Positions 15,697-25,441 of a stretch of DNA of 57,368 bases are shown in pieces (within the stretch, counting starts at the first letter, position 1; each line of letters opens with the position of its first letter). A program made the position numbers and the translations under genes. The notes below the pieces were generated by a model. The model was not told the DNA's origin and searched no databases. It worked only from the letters and a program-made list of their open reading frames with translations. The stretch covers positions 1 to 57,368 of IMG/VR virus record IMGVR_UViG_3300009610_000033. One strand, 5' to 3'. The DNA is from a virus. Its lineage: Duplodnaviria > Caudoviricetes.

Positions 15697-16283
15697 TGGC
15701 ACCCGACACCGTCCTGCCCACCCTGACCCTCGTCGGCGGCCGCGTGATGGCCGCCGAGACCGGCGAGGTCCTCGACGTCGAGGATCCCGAGGTCGCCACC
15801 GAGCTGTTCGGCGAGACGCTCGAGACCTTCGCTCGCGCCCGCATCGAAGCCGACGCGCTGCAGATGCAGCTGGAGGACATCGAGGCCATGGCGCTGTCGA
15901 CGGCACGCGCCACCGAGAAGTACAAGCAGATTACTGCGCGGCACCAGGTGGCGCGCGACACGATGGCCCGCATCGAGGCGACTCTCGACGGCATGTTCGG
16001 CGAGCGTGACGCCAAGGTGAGCATCGACACCGGCCGGGTGCTGGTGACGTGGGGCAAGCCAAGGGAAACCTGGTCGCTGGCCAAGCCGGCGAGCTGGTAC
16101 GCGACGGGAAAGGCGCGGTACGGGTTGCAGCAACTCCTTGCCGGGTATCTCAACGCGGAGGGCGATGAGCCCTTCATCGTGGCCACCGCAAACGCGGTTC
16201 TCAACTGGCTCGCCCCGACCGCGAAGGTCAGCGAGCCCGGCGCGCCGAGCATCACGGTGCGGGCGAATGGGGCAGGGCGATGA
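15693..16283 (+). CDS. Hypothetical helical protein in the recombination module
   Basis: ATGA-coupled; ETGEV motif and a coiled-coil-like segment. Confidence 0.7.
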   Translation: MMAPDTVLPTLTLVGGRVMAAETGEVLDVEDPEVATELFGETLETFARARIEADALQMQLEDIEAMALSTARATEKYKQITARHQVARDTMARIEATLDGMFGERDAKVSIDTGRVLVTWGKPRETWSLAKPASWYATGKARYGLQQLLAGYLNAEGDEPFIVATANAVLNWLAPTAKVSEPGAPSITVRANGAGR

Positions 16284-16477
16284 CGACCATCGACCCGCGC
16301 GACATCATCGTCGCCGCCACCGACCGCAGCGAAGGCCGGGCGCCCGGCACGCTGGAGGTGATCGAGTACCGACGGGGAGACGGCGCTGCCATTCGCCGGG
16401 CCCTCCTGATCCGGGACGTTGAAGGGCTGCTCACGGCCGCCGGGATGACTCGGCTGGATGAAGGGGAGGACGACTGA
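16280..16477 (+). CDS. Hypothetical protein
   Basis: ATGA-coupled. Confidence 0.6.
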   Translation: MTTIDPRDIIVAATDRSEGRAPGTLEVIEYRRGDGAAIRRALLIRDVEGLLTAAGMTRLDEGEDD

Positions 16478-16478
16478 C

Positions 16479-17585
16479 ATGCCAATCCAAGGAATGACGG
16501 GAGAGTACCGGTGGCCGCGGTTGGGCTCAATCCGGAAGGGCGAGGCCAAGCCCAACGACCGGCAGCCAGGCAAGGACCTGGGTGACGAACTCCGCTTCGT
16601 GGGAGTGGACGACGGGGTCACCGCCGACTGGGTCGCAACCTTTGGCGCAGCCAAGGTCGACGAGATCCTCATCCGGCTGCCTTTCCCAACCGTCGACGAG
16701 AACTGGCAGGCTTGGATGGAGAGCTATGTCGCTGGCGGACTGGTCCATCGCTGCGATCGGCGCACCGTGGTCCTGCAGCTGAAGCCCGATGGCACCTACG
16801 ACGACACGCCGCGGCCCTGTGACGGGCGATGCGGGGCGAAGCCGGTGGGGCGGCTCGAGGTGTTCGTGCCCGCCTTCCAGCGGATGGGCACGGTCACAGT
16901 GCACACCACCAGCATTCACGACATCATGAACCTCGACGGCTGCCTGCGATCGCTGGCGGTCCTGGTGGGGGACCTGACACGGGTGCCCTTCACTTTGAAG
17001 CGCGTGCAGCGTCCGATCTCCACGCCCGGCAGCGATGGGAAACGAGCCCGCCGGCCGGCCTGGCTGCTCCACATCGAGCCTGCGCCGGATTGGGTGCGAG
17101 CCATCACTGCCGGCGGGCAGGCGCTCGCCGAGCTCGCGGGCCCCGAGGTCCTCGCGTTGCCAGCCCCATCGCCGGCACAGCTCCCCGAGCACCAGGTGGT
17201 AGTAACCACCCCCACTGGCGAGATCATCGACGGCGATGCCAGCAAGGTGCAGAACGGATTCCGGGCCCGCATCGAGGCCTGCACGACGCTCGAAGAACTC
17301 CGTGCCCTGTGGCCGGACATCGTCGCGATCGAAGAGGCCGCCTACAAGGCCAACGTCATCGCGCTCTGGCGAGTCCAGGCGGTGGTGATCATGCGCGCCA
17401 TGATCCCGGGCTCGGACGTCGAGACGCGGGGCGCGCTGGCCCAGCGGCTGGAGCAGCTGCCGGACACCACGCCGGGCCGGGACGAGGCGCTGCGCGAGAT
17501 CGAGGACATCAACTGGGCGGACAGCATCCAGGCGGGACAGCGCCAGCGCCAGGCGGCGATGCTCGCCGAGTCGGTGCCCGCATGA
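16479..17585 (+). CDS. Gp3-like (recombination directionality factor-like) protein
   Basis: PRLGSIRKG...HRCD...C..C.AKPVGRLEV...TTSIH...VPFTLKR pattern. Confidence 0.72.
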   Translation: MPIQGMTGEYRWPRLGSIRKGEAKPNDRQPGKDLGDELRFVGVDDGVTADWVATFGAAKVDEILIRLPFPTVDENWQAWMESYVAGGLVHRCDRRTVVLQLKPDGTYDDTPRPCDGRCGAKPVGRLEVFVPAFQRMGTVTVHTTSIHDIMNLDGCLRSLAVLVGDLTRVPFTLKRVQRPISTPGSDGKRARRPAWLLHIEPAPDWVRAITAGGQALAELAGPEVLALPAPSPAQLPEHQVVVTTPTGEIIDGDASKVQNGFRARIEACTTLEELRALWPDIVAIEEAAYKANVIALWRVQAVVIMRAMIPGSDVETRGALAQRLEQLPDTTPGRDEALREIEDINWADSIQAGQRQRQAAMLAESVPA

Positions 17586-17902
17586 TGACACCCGACGTGC
17601 TCCGCGTCGCCGCCCAGGTGACCATCGACGGCCAGAGCGTGCGAGCGGTCGCGCTGCTCAAAGCGCACGGGCTCGGCTCGCCCGACAACAAGGTCCTGTG
17701 CGCCGGTGCGTGGCAGGAGATCTCTGACCTCGCCGGCGCGACGACGAACGACGTCGTGAAGCTGATGCGATCCATCCGCGCCGATGACCAGGTGGTTCCG
17801 ACCATCGGGCGCCAGGCGCAGGTCATCTACCAGGCGATCGCCGCGGCCTACGTCATGGGCCGAAAGGCGGGCGCCGCAGGAGGAACGATTCCGACGCAGT
17901 AG
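17582..17902 (+). CDS. Hypothetical protein
   Basis: ATGA-coupled. Confidence 0.65.
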   Translation: MMTPDVLRVAAQVTIDGQSVRAVALLKAHGLGSPDNKVLCAGAWQEISDLAGATTNDVVKLMRSIRADDQVVPTIGRQAQVIYQAIAAAYVMGRKAGAAGGTIPTQ

Positions 17903-17970
17903 GCTGCGATCCATGTGCCGGCGGGGGGCTGCAACCCCCCGCCGGCCAACAACACACGGGAGAGTCACCC

Positions 17971-18513
17971 ATGCTCACACAGGATATCGCGGTGCCGGAC
18001 ACCGCGCCAACCAACAGAATATTTCGGGGCGAGATGCCCCGACGGCTGTACCGCATCCCGGAGGCGGCCGACCTGGTCGGCTGCAAGCTGGCGGGGATCT
18101 TTACCCGCATCGACGACGGCGAACTGCCGGTGCTTCGCCTGCCGTCGCTGGCCGGCAACAAGACCAGGCTGCCGCGCCGTGTCCCGGCCGCCTGGCTGGA
18201 CCACTGGCTCGACATGATGGACCGGTCGAACCCGATCCGCACCGACGCGGCGTTGGTACTGGCGGCCGCGGCGGGGCCGCACTACCTGACCGTGCGCAAG
18301 GCCGCCGAGGCCCTGTCTGTGAGCCACGACTGGCTCTACAAGGCCATCCTGTCCGGTGAGTTCCCGGAGCCCACCGTGGTCGGGAAGCACTACCGGATCC
18401 GCCGCGCGGTGCTGGACGCTTGGGTGCTCGACCTGATCACCAGGGGCGAGGCCGAGTGGTACGGTCAGCGCGCGGTGGCGCGGCTGGTGGAGCCACTGGA
18501 GACCGCACGATGA
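17971..18513 (+). CDS. Tandem excisionase-like HTH protein
   Basis: Two repeats: LYRIPEAADLVG...IDDGELP and YLTVRKAAEALSVS...LYKAILSGEFP...YRI. Preceded by a GC hairpin at 17917-17947. Confidence 0.8.
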   Translation: MLTQDIAVPDTAPTNRIFRGEMPRRLYRIPEAADLVGCKLAGIFTRIDDGELPVLRLPSLAGNKTRLPRRVPAAWLDHWLDMMDRSNPIRTDAALVLAAAAGPHYLTVRKAAEALSVSHDWLYKAILSGEFPEPTVVGKHYRIRRAVLDAWVLDLITRGEAEWYGQRAVARLVEPLETAR

Positions 18514-18701
18514 GCCGCCGACGCTGCGACAGCTGCCAGGGGCGGTGCTTCACCCCGGACGGCCCGTGCCACGAGTGCTGCGGCACGGGCGATGACCTCA
18601 GCGTGGCGAGCGACCTGAGCAACGTCGGGCTCATCGTGCTCGTGCTGTGTGCCATCGCGATCGTGTCGGTGTGGGTAGCGGCGGCGGGAGGCATGCAATG
18701 A
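18510..18701 (+). CDS. Small Cys-rich membrane protein
   Basis: CDSCQG...CHECCGTG plus one TM helix. Confidence 0.6.
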   Translation: MSRRRCDSCQGRCFTPDGPCHECCGTGDDLSVASDLSNVGLIVLVLCAIAIVSVWVAAAGGMQ

Positions 18702-18949
18702 ACGCCGTGTTCTGCGTGCCGTGCTCGCGGCGGATGATGCCGCACCGGATCGGTATCGACGTCCTGACGTATGCCTCTACCGACCGCCCGTACCAGCTGT
18801 TCTCGGGCGACCAATTGAAGTGCCCGGAGTGTGGTGCACTCTCAGTGCTGGTGGCGGGTGGCAAGCCCATTGAGCACTTCGACAGCCGGTTCGGCGGCTT
18901 TGTGGAGGCAGCTCGGGCTGCCGGGACGCTGCTGGAGATCCTGCCATGA
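18698..18949 (+). CDS. Zinc-ribbon protein
   Basis: CVPC...CPECG; ATGA-coupled. Confidence 0.65.
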   Translation: MNAVFCVPCSRRMMPHRIGIDVLTYASTDRPYQLFSGDQLKCPECGALSVLVAGGKPIEHFDSRFGGFVEAARAAGTLLEILP

Positions 18950-19440
18950 CGGCCCGTGACCCCGTTGCCGTCAACCTCGAGCGCTACCACGGCTGGCACC
19001 AGGACTTCAACGGACGGTGGGTCCACAAGCAGCTGGCACCGAACGGCGTGGCCACGCTGCAGAAGGCCATGGACGTCCAGCGGGAAGCCGACCGCAAGGC
19101 CTCCGAGTCCGCGCGCGACATCGACATCCGCCGCGCGGACACCGACGACGAGTACCGCGAGCGGGCCCTGGCAGCGATCCGCCGGGTGGCCGAGCGCGAG
19201 GCCGAGTTCACCACCGACGCGGTCCTCGACGAGGATCCGGCGCTCGCCGGCACCCGCTCGCTGGGGCCGGCCATGCTGCACGCCTCTCGCGAGGGGTGGG
19301 TGGTCAGCACCGACCGGATGGGCAAGAGCTCAACGAAGGCTTCGCACGCGCGGATGAAGCGGGTGTGGCGCTCGCTGATCGTCGGCGGGCAGCCTGGCGC
19401 CGCGGTGCCGACGATGGCGCTGTCGGAGGTGGTGAGCTGA
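18946..19440 (+). CDS. Hypothetical protein
   Basis: FTTDAV...LGPAM...SHAR..RVWRS, a phage-type winged-helix-like pattern. Confidence 0.75.
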   Translation: MTARDPVAVNLERYHGWHQDFNGRWVHKQLAPNGVATLQKAMDVQREADRKASESARDIDIRRADTDDEYRERALAAIRRVAEREAEFTTDAVLDEDPALAGTRSLGPAMLHASREGWVVSTDRMGKSSTKASHARMKRVWRSLIVGGQPGAAVPTMALSEVVS

Positions 19441-20171
19441 TGGCCACCAAAGAACGTCAGGTCCTCGACGCCAAGAAGGTGGCCAAGCTCATCTGCGGGA
19501 CATGGTGGTTCATCAAGGGCCGGAGCCAGGGCGTGCCGCTGCAGGTCCTCGATGGAGACGAGGGCGTGTGGTGCGGCGACGGGTTCTGCGGCTGGCACTT
19601 GCGCGGAACGAAGGCGCAGTGGATGACGCTGTTCCTCGCTGCGGACACAGTCGATAACGGTGGCATCGGCCAGGCTGATGTCGACTTCGCCAAGCTCGTA
19701 GCCGAAGCCAAGGACGGCGCCGTGGCCATCAGTGCCACCAACCTGCTCTTGCGGGTGGGCGACCAGGGGACGTGCCGCATGTTCGTCGGACCGGACAACA
19801 GCGTCGCCTGGGTCGATGAAGACATCCTCAAGCCCCTTGGCGACGTGATGTCGCTGCTCTGGTGGACCACGGAGACCGGGCCGCGGCCCATCGTCGGCGG
19901 CACCCTCACAGAGAACTTGTGCGTGGTGATGCCCATGTACATCCCTGGCCAGCATAAGGCGCTAGCGCGAGCGTGGCGCAGCTGGAACGGGGAGGACTTG
20001 CTCGACGATGACTCGGACGGACGACTGCAGCCGGCGCTGGTCCCGGACGCGGGAGGTCTGGCACCCGATGACGCTGCGCCTGGGCTGAACCTGGCCTGGG
20101 CGGAGACAGACAGCGATCCCAACGCGGAAGTCACAATCGGCGATGTGACCTTCAAGAAGGTATGGCCATGA
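19440..20171 (+). CDS. Hypothetical protein
   Basis: TGATG-coupled. The VVMPM motif loosely resembles the beta-clamp C-terminus (weak). Confidence 0.7.
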   Translation: MATKERQVLDAKKVAKLICGTWWFIKGRSQGVPLQVLDGDEGVWCGDGFCGWHLRGTKAQWMTLFLAADTVDNGGIGQADVDFAKLVAEAKDGAVAISATNLLLRVGDQGTCRMFVGPDNSVAWVDEDILKPLGDVMSLLWWTTETGPRPIVGGTLTENLCVVMPMYIPGQHKALARAWRSWNGEDLLDDDSDGRLQPALVPDAGGLAPDDAAPGLNLAWAETDSDPNAEVTIGDVTFKKVWP

Positions 20172-20401
20172 CTGACACGCTGCACCCAGGCGACCGCGTC
20201 GTCGTGACCCAGCAGGACGTGCCCGGGCGCGAGCACTGGGTCGGCATGCCGGGGACCGTCCAGTCAGTGGACGACCCCGTCGAGGACCTGTACCCGGTGC
20301 TGGTGAAACTCGACTCGCTGGCGCTGCCGTTCCACTTCGCGGGCGACGAGCTCCGGCTGCTGTACGCGGCGGGCGAGCTGGTGGGGGTGGCCCGTGGATG
20401 A
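20168..20401 (+). CDS. Small SH3/KOW-like protein
   Basis: LHPGDRVVV...GTV...F...EL. Confidence 0.6.
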   Translation: MTDTLHPGDRVVVTQQDVPGREHWVGMPGTVQSVDDPVEDLYPVLVKLDSLALPFHFAGDELRLLYAAGELVGVARG

Positions 20402-20600
20402 CACCTCCAGCAGCAACATGTCCATCCCAAAGTGCGGCACCTGTGGCGCGCCGATCGTCTGGGTGCGCACTGCCAGCGGCAAGGCGATGCCCGTCGACGC
20501 GTCGTCGGCCACAGTCGGCGACCTGATGTACATCCACGGCAAGCACGTCTCACACTTCTCGACGTGCCCGAACGCTTCGAAGCACCGGAGGCCGAGATGA
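20394..20600 (+). CDS. Small zinc-binding protein
   Basis: CGTCGAPIVW..T.SGKAMPVD...SHFSTCP resembles a common phage family. Confidence 0.75.
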   Translation: MDDTSSSNMSIPKCGTCGAPIVWVRTASGKAMPVDASSATVGDLMYIHGKHVSHFSTCPNASKHRRPR

Positions 20601-20866
20601 GCCGCCGTGCACCTGCCTTCAATGCGGTGCCGGACACGACCGTCACCGGGCCCGTCCTCACCGTCCTCGCCTGCGGCTGCCGCATAGATCCCGACGGGGC
20701 GTTGTGGTACCCGTGCCCTGCAATCTACGGCACCTACGGCGCAGCGCGATACCTGACGAGCGCCGGCCGGCGCAGCGAGATGCTGGCGCGGTGCGAGGCC
20801 CGCATCCGAGCGCACATCGCCCAGCAGCAGCCGGCGGCGAGCGGGCATCAGGCGGTGTTGCTGTGA
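20597..20866 (+). CDS. Hypothetical protein
   Basis: ATGA-coupled. Confidence 0.55.
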   Translation: MSRRAPAFNAVPDTTVTGPVLTVLACGCRIDPDGALWYPCPAIYGTYGAARYLTSAGRRSEMLARCEARIRAHIAQQQPAASGHQAVLL

Positions 20867-21069
20867 CCGTCCTGGAGATCGCCCCCATGGTCCTTGCCCC
20901 GCGGAAGGTCGTCGGCCGCTGCCTGGTGTGCGACTGCCGGCTCGTGACGCCGCGCGAGGCTGTGCGCTGCGAGCCGTGCCAGGAGCGGGGCGCGTGGCCG
21001 CCGTGGATGGCGGCGGAGCTTGAGGCGGTGGTGGCCGAACCGGCGGACGAGGGGAGCGAAGCGCCATGA
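20863..21069 (+). CDS. Small zinc-finger protein
   Basis: GTGA-coupled; CLVC...CEPC. Confidence 0.55.
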   Translation: MTVLEIAPMVLAPRKVVGRCLVCDCRLVTPREAVRCEPCQERGAWPPWMAAELEAVVAEPADEGSEAP

Positions 21070-22181
21070 GCGTACACGTCTCTGCCCGCGTCTGGGACCA
21101 GTGCCAGCAGAATGGCGAGGCCTTGCTGGTGATGCTAGCGCTTGCCGACCACAGCAACGACGCCGGGGAGTGCTGGCCGAGCTTGGACCGCATCGCCGAC
21201 ATGGCGCGAGTAGAGAAGCGTTCCGCCATCCGCATCCTCAAGCGGCTTGAGGATGCGGGCGAAGTCGAGGTCGAGCGGGGCGGCGGACGGGGCCACACCA
21301 ACCGCTACTCCCTACCGAAGTATGCCCGGGCGGGTACCCCAAACGGTGACCGAGTGACATCCATTCCACTAGAAACAGTGACCGCGGAGTCACCGTTAGC
21401 GGCGGTAAACGGTGTCCCAACGTCACCGAATGGCGGTCCAGAAAGGGTGACTTTGGAGCCACAAACGGTGACCGCGGTGCAAGAAAGGGTGACCCTGATG
21501 CACGAAAGGGTGACCGGGGGGTCACCCGAACCATTAGAACCATCAAAGAACCATCAAGGGGAACCGTCAGAAGAAAATTCACCGCGCGACGATCAGCGGA
21601 TGTTCGACTCGCTGTGCGGGGTCTACGGCACCACGGCGGCAGCGATCGTCGGCAGCGCCCGCGGTCGGATGAACAAGGCGATCGCCGAGTGGCGTGCCGA
21701 AGGGGTATCGCCAGAGCAACTCGACATCGCGGTCGGGATCTACCGGGAGTCGTTCAAGGGCAGGCAGGGCGAGCGACCTAGCCGAGCAGACCTCGACGAT
21801 GCCATCGGGCAAGCGAGGGCAGGCCGCGTCGCGGAGTCCGCAGCCATCGACCAGGTCATCGCCGAGGGCATGGCGGACGTCGAGGCGCGGCTCGAAGCCT
21901 CGCCACGTGCACCAGCCGACGCCGACCGGCTGTGGCGCGAGGTCCACGCCGGCCTCGCCCTGCGCATGCCATCCGCTACGCTCAAGGCGTGGGTCGACCC
22001 GGTGCAGGTGGCGTCGTTCGACGGCCAGACGCTCACGCTCGTGGCGCCGACCGCCGCGGTGCACTCATGGCTGACGCAGCGATTGGCACGCGAGCTCGAC
22101 GAGGCGCTGGCGGACGTGGCGCCTGGGTCACGGGTGGTGGTGCTGGCGCCCGAGGCGGCAGTGGAAGGGCGGGCGGCATGA
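21066..22181 (+). CDS. Replication initiator: N-terminal HTH, C-terminal DnaA domain-I-like region
   Basis: LVMLALADHSND.GECWPSLDRIA HTH, internal iterons, and LWREV...ATLKAWVDP...LTLVAPT...WL. Confidence 0.85.
   Translation: MSVHVSARVWDQCQQNGEALLVMLALADHSNDAGECWPSLDRIADMARVEKRSAIRILKRLEDAGEVEVERGGGRGHTNRYSLPKYARAGTPNGDRVTSIPLETVTAESPLAAVNGVPTSPNGGPERVTLEPQTVTAVQERVTLMHERVTGGSPEPLEPSKNHQGEPSEENSPRDDQRMFDSLCGVYGTTAAAIVGSARGRMNKAIAEWRAEGVSPEQLDIAVGIYRESFKGRQGERPSRADLDDAIGQARAGRVAESAAIDQVIAEGMADVEARLEASPRAPADADRLWREVHAGLALRMPSATLKAWVDPVQVASFDGQTLTLVAPTAAVHSWLTQRLARELDEALADVAPGSRVVVLAPEAAVEGRAA
21341..21527 (+). repeat. Replication origin iterons AAA(C/G)(G/A)GTGAC
   Basis: Copies start at 21341, 21373, 21407 (one mismatch), 21442, 21463, 21484 and 21505; the last four have an exact 21-bp period. 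Confidence 0.85.
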
Positions 22182-22441
22182 GCAACGCCATTCTGCGCTG
22201 GATTGTCTCGCGATATGGCCCGGTGACGTTGACCGGAACCGGGACGGGGATTGTCGCCAAAGTGCCGGTCATGGGTGGAACGTGCATCGGAATCGGATAC
22301 AGCATCGAAATTGCGCTGCGTGAATTGCTCGCGGACCTGACCGTCAACACCGACGATCTCTTGACTGCCCTGTTCGAGGGCACGGACGGAAGTGAGTGGC
22401 CCGGAGTGCGGGTGCCCGAAGCTGACCGAGGTAAGGCATGA
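22178..22441 (+). CDS. Hypothetical protein
   Basis: ATGA-coupled. Confidence 0.6.
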   Translation: MSNAILRWIVSRYGPVTLTGTGTGIVAKVPVMGGTCIGIGYSIEIALRELLADLTVNTDDLLTALFEGTDGSEWPGVRVPEADRGKA

Positions 22442-22755
22442 GCGCCACGCAGCTGGGCCTCGACCTGACGCCAATCGGTGCGGTGGCCGTGGGCGACCGC
22501 GTACGGATACTGCCGACCTGCGGGGCGACTGAAGAGTTACTGCCCGGCTGGCGCCATCTCGTGACGGCTGGCGAGATGTGCACGGTGATCGCCGTGCGCC
22601 CATCCCGCGGGAAATTCGGATCGACATGCCACCCTGTCGTCGTGCTGATGGACGAACCGGGGGACTCGGGGCGAAGGCGCGAGTATGCCTTCGAGCACGA
22701 GGACCTGGAGCCGGTCCTCGACGACGCCGTCGCGGTCGATGGACGGGCAGCATGA
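22438..22755 (+). CDS. Hypothetical SH3-like protein
   Basis: VGDRVRI...F..EDLEP; ATGA-coupled. Confidence 0.65.
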   Translation: MSATQLGLDLTPIGAVAVGDRVRILPTCGATEELLPGWRHLVTAGEMCTVIAVRPSRGKFGSTCHPVVVLMDEPGDSGRRREYAFEHEDLEPVLDDAVAVDGRAA

Positions 22756-22940
22756 CCTACCCGCTCATCTACCGCTTCCGGTCTGGCCCACCCGCCGGCT
22801 ACGCCAACCCCGTCCGCGCGGCGCTGTATGGTCGCCGGTGCCGTGTGGTGTGCCGGGGGCGGATGAACAGCTGCCTCATCGAATTCGAGGATGGCACGCG
22901 CGTCGTGAGCAGCCGCAACGCGGTGCGGAGGGCGTCGTGA
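22752..22940 (+). CDS. Small hypothetical protein
   Basis: GRRCRVVCRGRMNSCLIEFEDG..VVSSRNAVR. Confidence 0.7.
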   Translation: MTYPLIYRFRSGPPAGYANPVRAALYGRRCRVVCRGRMNSCLIEFEDGTRVVSSRNAVRRAS

Positions 22941-23068
22941 TCCGGAACGCCGCGCGCTGGCTCGTCTGGGCGGCGCTGGCGCTGGTCGCCGTGCTGTGGA
23001 GCGCTGGGGTTGAGTTCTTCACCGACGACGAGGGCGTGGTGGACGGGCTGATCGGAGATGACCGTTGA
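22937..23068 (+). CDS. Small single-TM protein
   Basis: GTGA-coupled; one hydrophobic segment. Confidence 0.5.
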   Translation: MIRNAARWLVWAALALVAVLWSAGVEFFTDDEGVVDGLIGDDR

Positions 23069-24479
23069 ACGAACCAAGGAGGGTACCGAAGTGAAGCAGC
23101 GAACCGAAGGCCGGCTGATGTACTCGTTATCCCAGCTCCAGGCGTGGAAGCGCAACTACAACCGCGGCGACGTCCACGCGATCGCCGCCAGCATCCAGCG
23201 CTGGGGATTCAACGGCGCGCTCCGTGTGTGGTCCGGCGACGATAGCCAGGCGCCCACGGTGATCGCCGGCAACCACACGTACCTCGCGCTCCTGCAGCTG
23301 AAGGACGAGGGCGCCGATCCACCCGTGCACGTCGACGTCGCCCCGGACGGTAGCTGGCAGGTGGCGTGCGTCGACGTCTCCCACCTGGCCTACCACGAGG
23401 CCGAAGCGTTCGCCATCGCCGACAACCGCGTCGCATCCCTGGCCACGCACGACGACGAGAAGCTCGCGCTACTCCTGCGCGAGATCTCCGATCAGAACCC
23501 GGAGGACCTCGCGGCCATCGGGTACGACCTGGACGACATCGAGAACCTGCTCCGCCGCCTTGGCGACCTGGACGACGATCGCCCCGCCGCGCCGGAAGCA
23601 CGCCTCGACCGGCTCAAGGAGCTGAAGGAGGAGTGGGGCACGGCAGCCGGCCAGCTGTGGGTCATCCCCAGCGCCACGTGCCCGGGCAAGGAGCACCGCA
23701 TCGTCTGCGGCGACGCCACCGACGGTGCGACAGTCGCCCGGCTGATGGCCGGCGAGCGCGCGGTGCTCTTCGCCACCGACCCGCCCTATCTGGTCGACTA
23801 CGATGGCACCAACCACCCACAGGCCAAGGGCACCGGCGCACGTGAGAAGAGGATCGCCAACAAGGACTGGGACGAGGTCTACGACGACAAGTGGGACGAC
23901 GCCTCGCAGGGCGCCGACCTCTACCGCGGCTTCATTCAGGCGGCCATCGAACACGCCATCACCGAGGACGCCGCCTGGTACTGCTGGCACGCGTCGCGGC
24001 GCCAGGCAATGCTCGAGGGCGTATGGGAGGAGTTCGGCGCGTTCGTGCACCAGCAGATCATCTGGGCAAAGAGCCGGGGCGTGCTCACGCGCAGCTGGTA
24101 CCTGTGGAGCCACGAGCCGTGCTTCTTCGGCTGGATCCGCGGCCAGAAGCCCAAGCGCGTGGCGGACAACCACCCAGGCAGCGTCTGGCAGGTGGCCACG
24201 GCCGACGCCGACACCACCGGCGATCACCCGACGTCGAAGCCCACCGCGCTCTGGGAGCTGCCCATCGAGCAGCACACCAGCCGCGGCGACCTGATCTACG
24301 AACCCTTCAGCGGCAGCGGCACCGCGCTCGTGGCGGCCGAGCGCACCGGCCGCATCGCGTACGCCTGCGAACTCCAGCCCGCGTTCGTCGCCGTTGCCCT
24401 CGACCGGCTCGCGCAGATGGGCTTGGAGCCTCGGCTGGAGAGTGCCGAAACAGTGACCGAGACCGTGACCGAACAGTAG
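23058..24479 (+). CDS. ParB-like domain plus DNA methyltransferase
   Basis: SIQRWGF...IAGNH...IADNR (ParB-like); HRIVCGD, TDPPY, HPTSKP and YEPFSGSGT. Confidence 0.92.
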   Translation: MTVERTKEGTEVKQRTEGRLMYSLSQLQAWKRNYNRGDVHAIAASIQRWGFNGALRVWSGDDSQAPTVIAGNHTYLALLQLKDEGADPPVHVDVAPDGSWQVACVDVSHLAYHEAEAFAIADNRVASLATHDDEKLALLLREISDQNPEDLAAIGYDLDDIENLLRRLGDLDDDRPAAPEARLDRLKELKEEWGTAAGQLWVIPSATCPGKEHRIVCGDATDGATVARLMAGERAVLFATDPPYLVDYDGTNHPQAKGTGAREKRIANKDWDEVYDDKWDDASQGADLYRGFIQAAIEHAITEDAAWYCWHASRRQAMLEGVWEEFGAFVHQQIIWAKSRGVLTRSWYLWSHEPCFFGWIRGQKPKRVADNHPGSVWQVATADADTTGDHPTSKPTALWELPIEQHTSRGDLIYEPFSGSGTALVAAERTGRIAYACELQPAFVAVALDRLAQMGLEPRLESAETVTETVTEQ

Positions 24480-24561
24480 GCTTCCTCTAAGCTTCCTCAC
24501 TACTTTCGATGGTAATGTGTGACACAAGACGGGCAACCGAACACCACGAAAGGAACAGGAG

Positions 24562-24813
24562 ATGACGAACGAAGTGACGGACCAGGAGCGGGCGGATGCG
24601 GTGCGAGCGGCGCAGGAGCTGATCTTCGAAGCGATCGAGAAGATCGAGTGGGCGATCCGCGACCACGGCTGCGAGGACAACGTGGACGCCTACGTGGTGG
24701 CCCACCTCAAGATCCTGGCGGGGAGCGGCCACGGCTACATCACCCGCGACCAGAACCTCGACGACGTGATCAGGAAGCTGGACCCGAGCAGCGACAACGA
24801 GTTGGACTACTGA
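24562..24813 (+). CDS. Small acidic hypothetical protein
   Basis: Strong RBS. Followed by a UUCG-loop hairpin at 24826-24851. Confidence 0.75.
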   Translation: MTNEVTDQERADAVRAAQELIFEAIEKIEWAIRDHGCEDNVDAYVVAHLKILAGSGHGYITRDQNLDDVIRKLDPSSDNELDY

Positions 24814-24906
24814 CGGTTGCCCGATGGGGTGGCGGGTTCGCCCGCCACCCCCGGGGCGATCGGATCCGCGATATCCGCACGCACACACGAGAAACGGAGC
24901 ACGAAG

Positions 24907-25263
24907 ATGATGACGGTCACGGTAGAGGCGAAGGTGGAACTGGTCCCGGCTCGATGGGAGGAACTCACTGGCGGGCTGATCGGCTACCTGGACGCGACGT
25001 ACGAAGAGCTCGTCGCCCACTTGGGTGAGCCCGAGCGGTATGACCAGCCAGGCGACAAGGTCGACGTCGAGTGGCGGCTGAAGGACGCCGCTGGAATGTT
25101 CGGAGGCTTCAGGCTCTACAACTACAAGGATGGGCCGAACTACCTCGGGCGCGACGGGACGCCGGTCGAGAAGATCACCGACTGGCACGTCGGAGGGCGC
25201 CGCAACGAGAGCTTGAAGTTGCTCCAGGCGATCTTCGGCGAACGGGCTCGGACAGCTTGGTAG
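24907..25263 (+). CDS. Hypothetical protein
   Basis: TYEELVAHLGEP...DKVDVEW...LYNYK...WHVGG resembles a phage family. Confidence 0.78.
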   Translation: MMTVTVEAKVELVPARWEELTGGLIGYLDATYEELVAHLGEPERYDQPGDKVDVEWRLKDAAGMFGGFRLYNYKDGPNYLGRDGTPVEKITDWHVGGRRNESLKLLQAIFGERARTAW

Positions 25264-25441
25264 AAACAGTCGGCGGCGCTCGACGCTGGGCGCCGCCGGC
25301 CGGATCAGGCGCCACCCCCTATAGGGGCTGGCGTCTGATCACAGTTCGTATCTTGACAGAAATCCGCTTGCTATCGTGCGTCGTGTATGGCTATATGGTG
25401 TCACCAAACACGCACGCGCGAACGCGCAGGAGGGCAACCAA

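Noticed and set aside
19440-20171. DNA polymerase III beta clamp
   Set aside because: Only a short VVMPM resemblance; the protein is too short and lacks other motifs.
25353-25397. Consensus promoter at TTGACA 25353
   Set aside because: No good -10 at 16-18 bp spacing, so it was not called as a feature.
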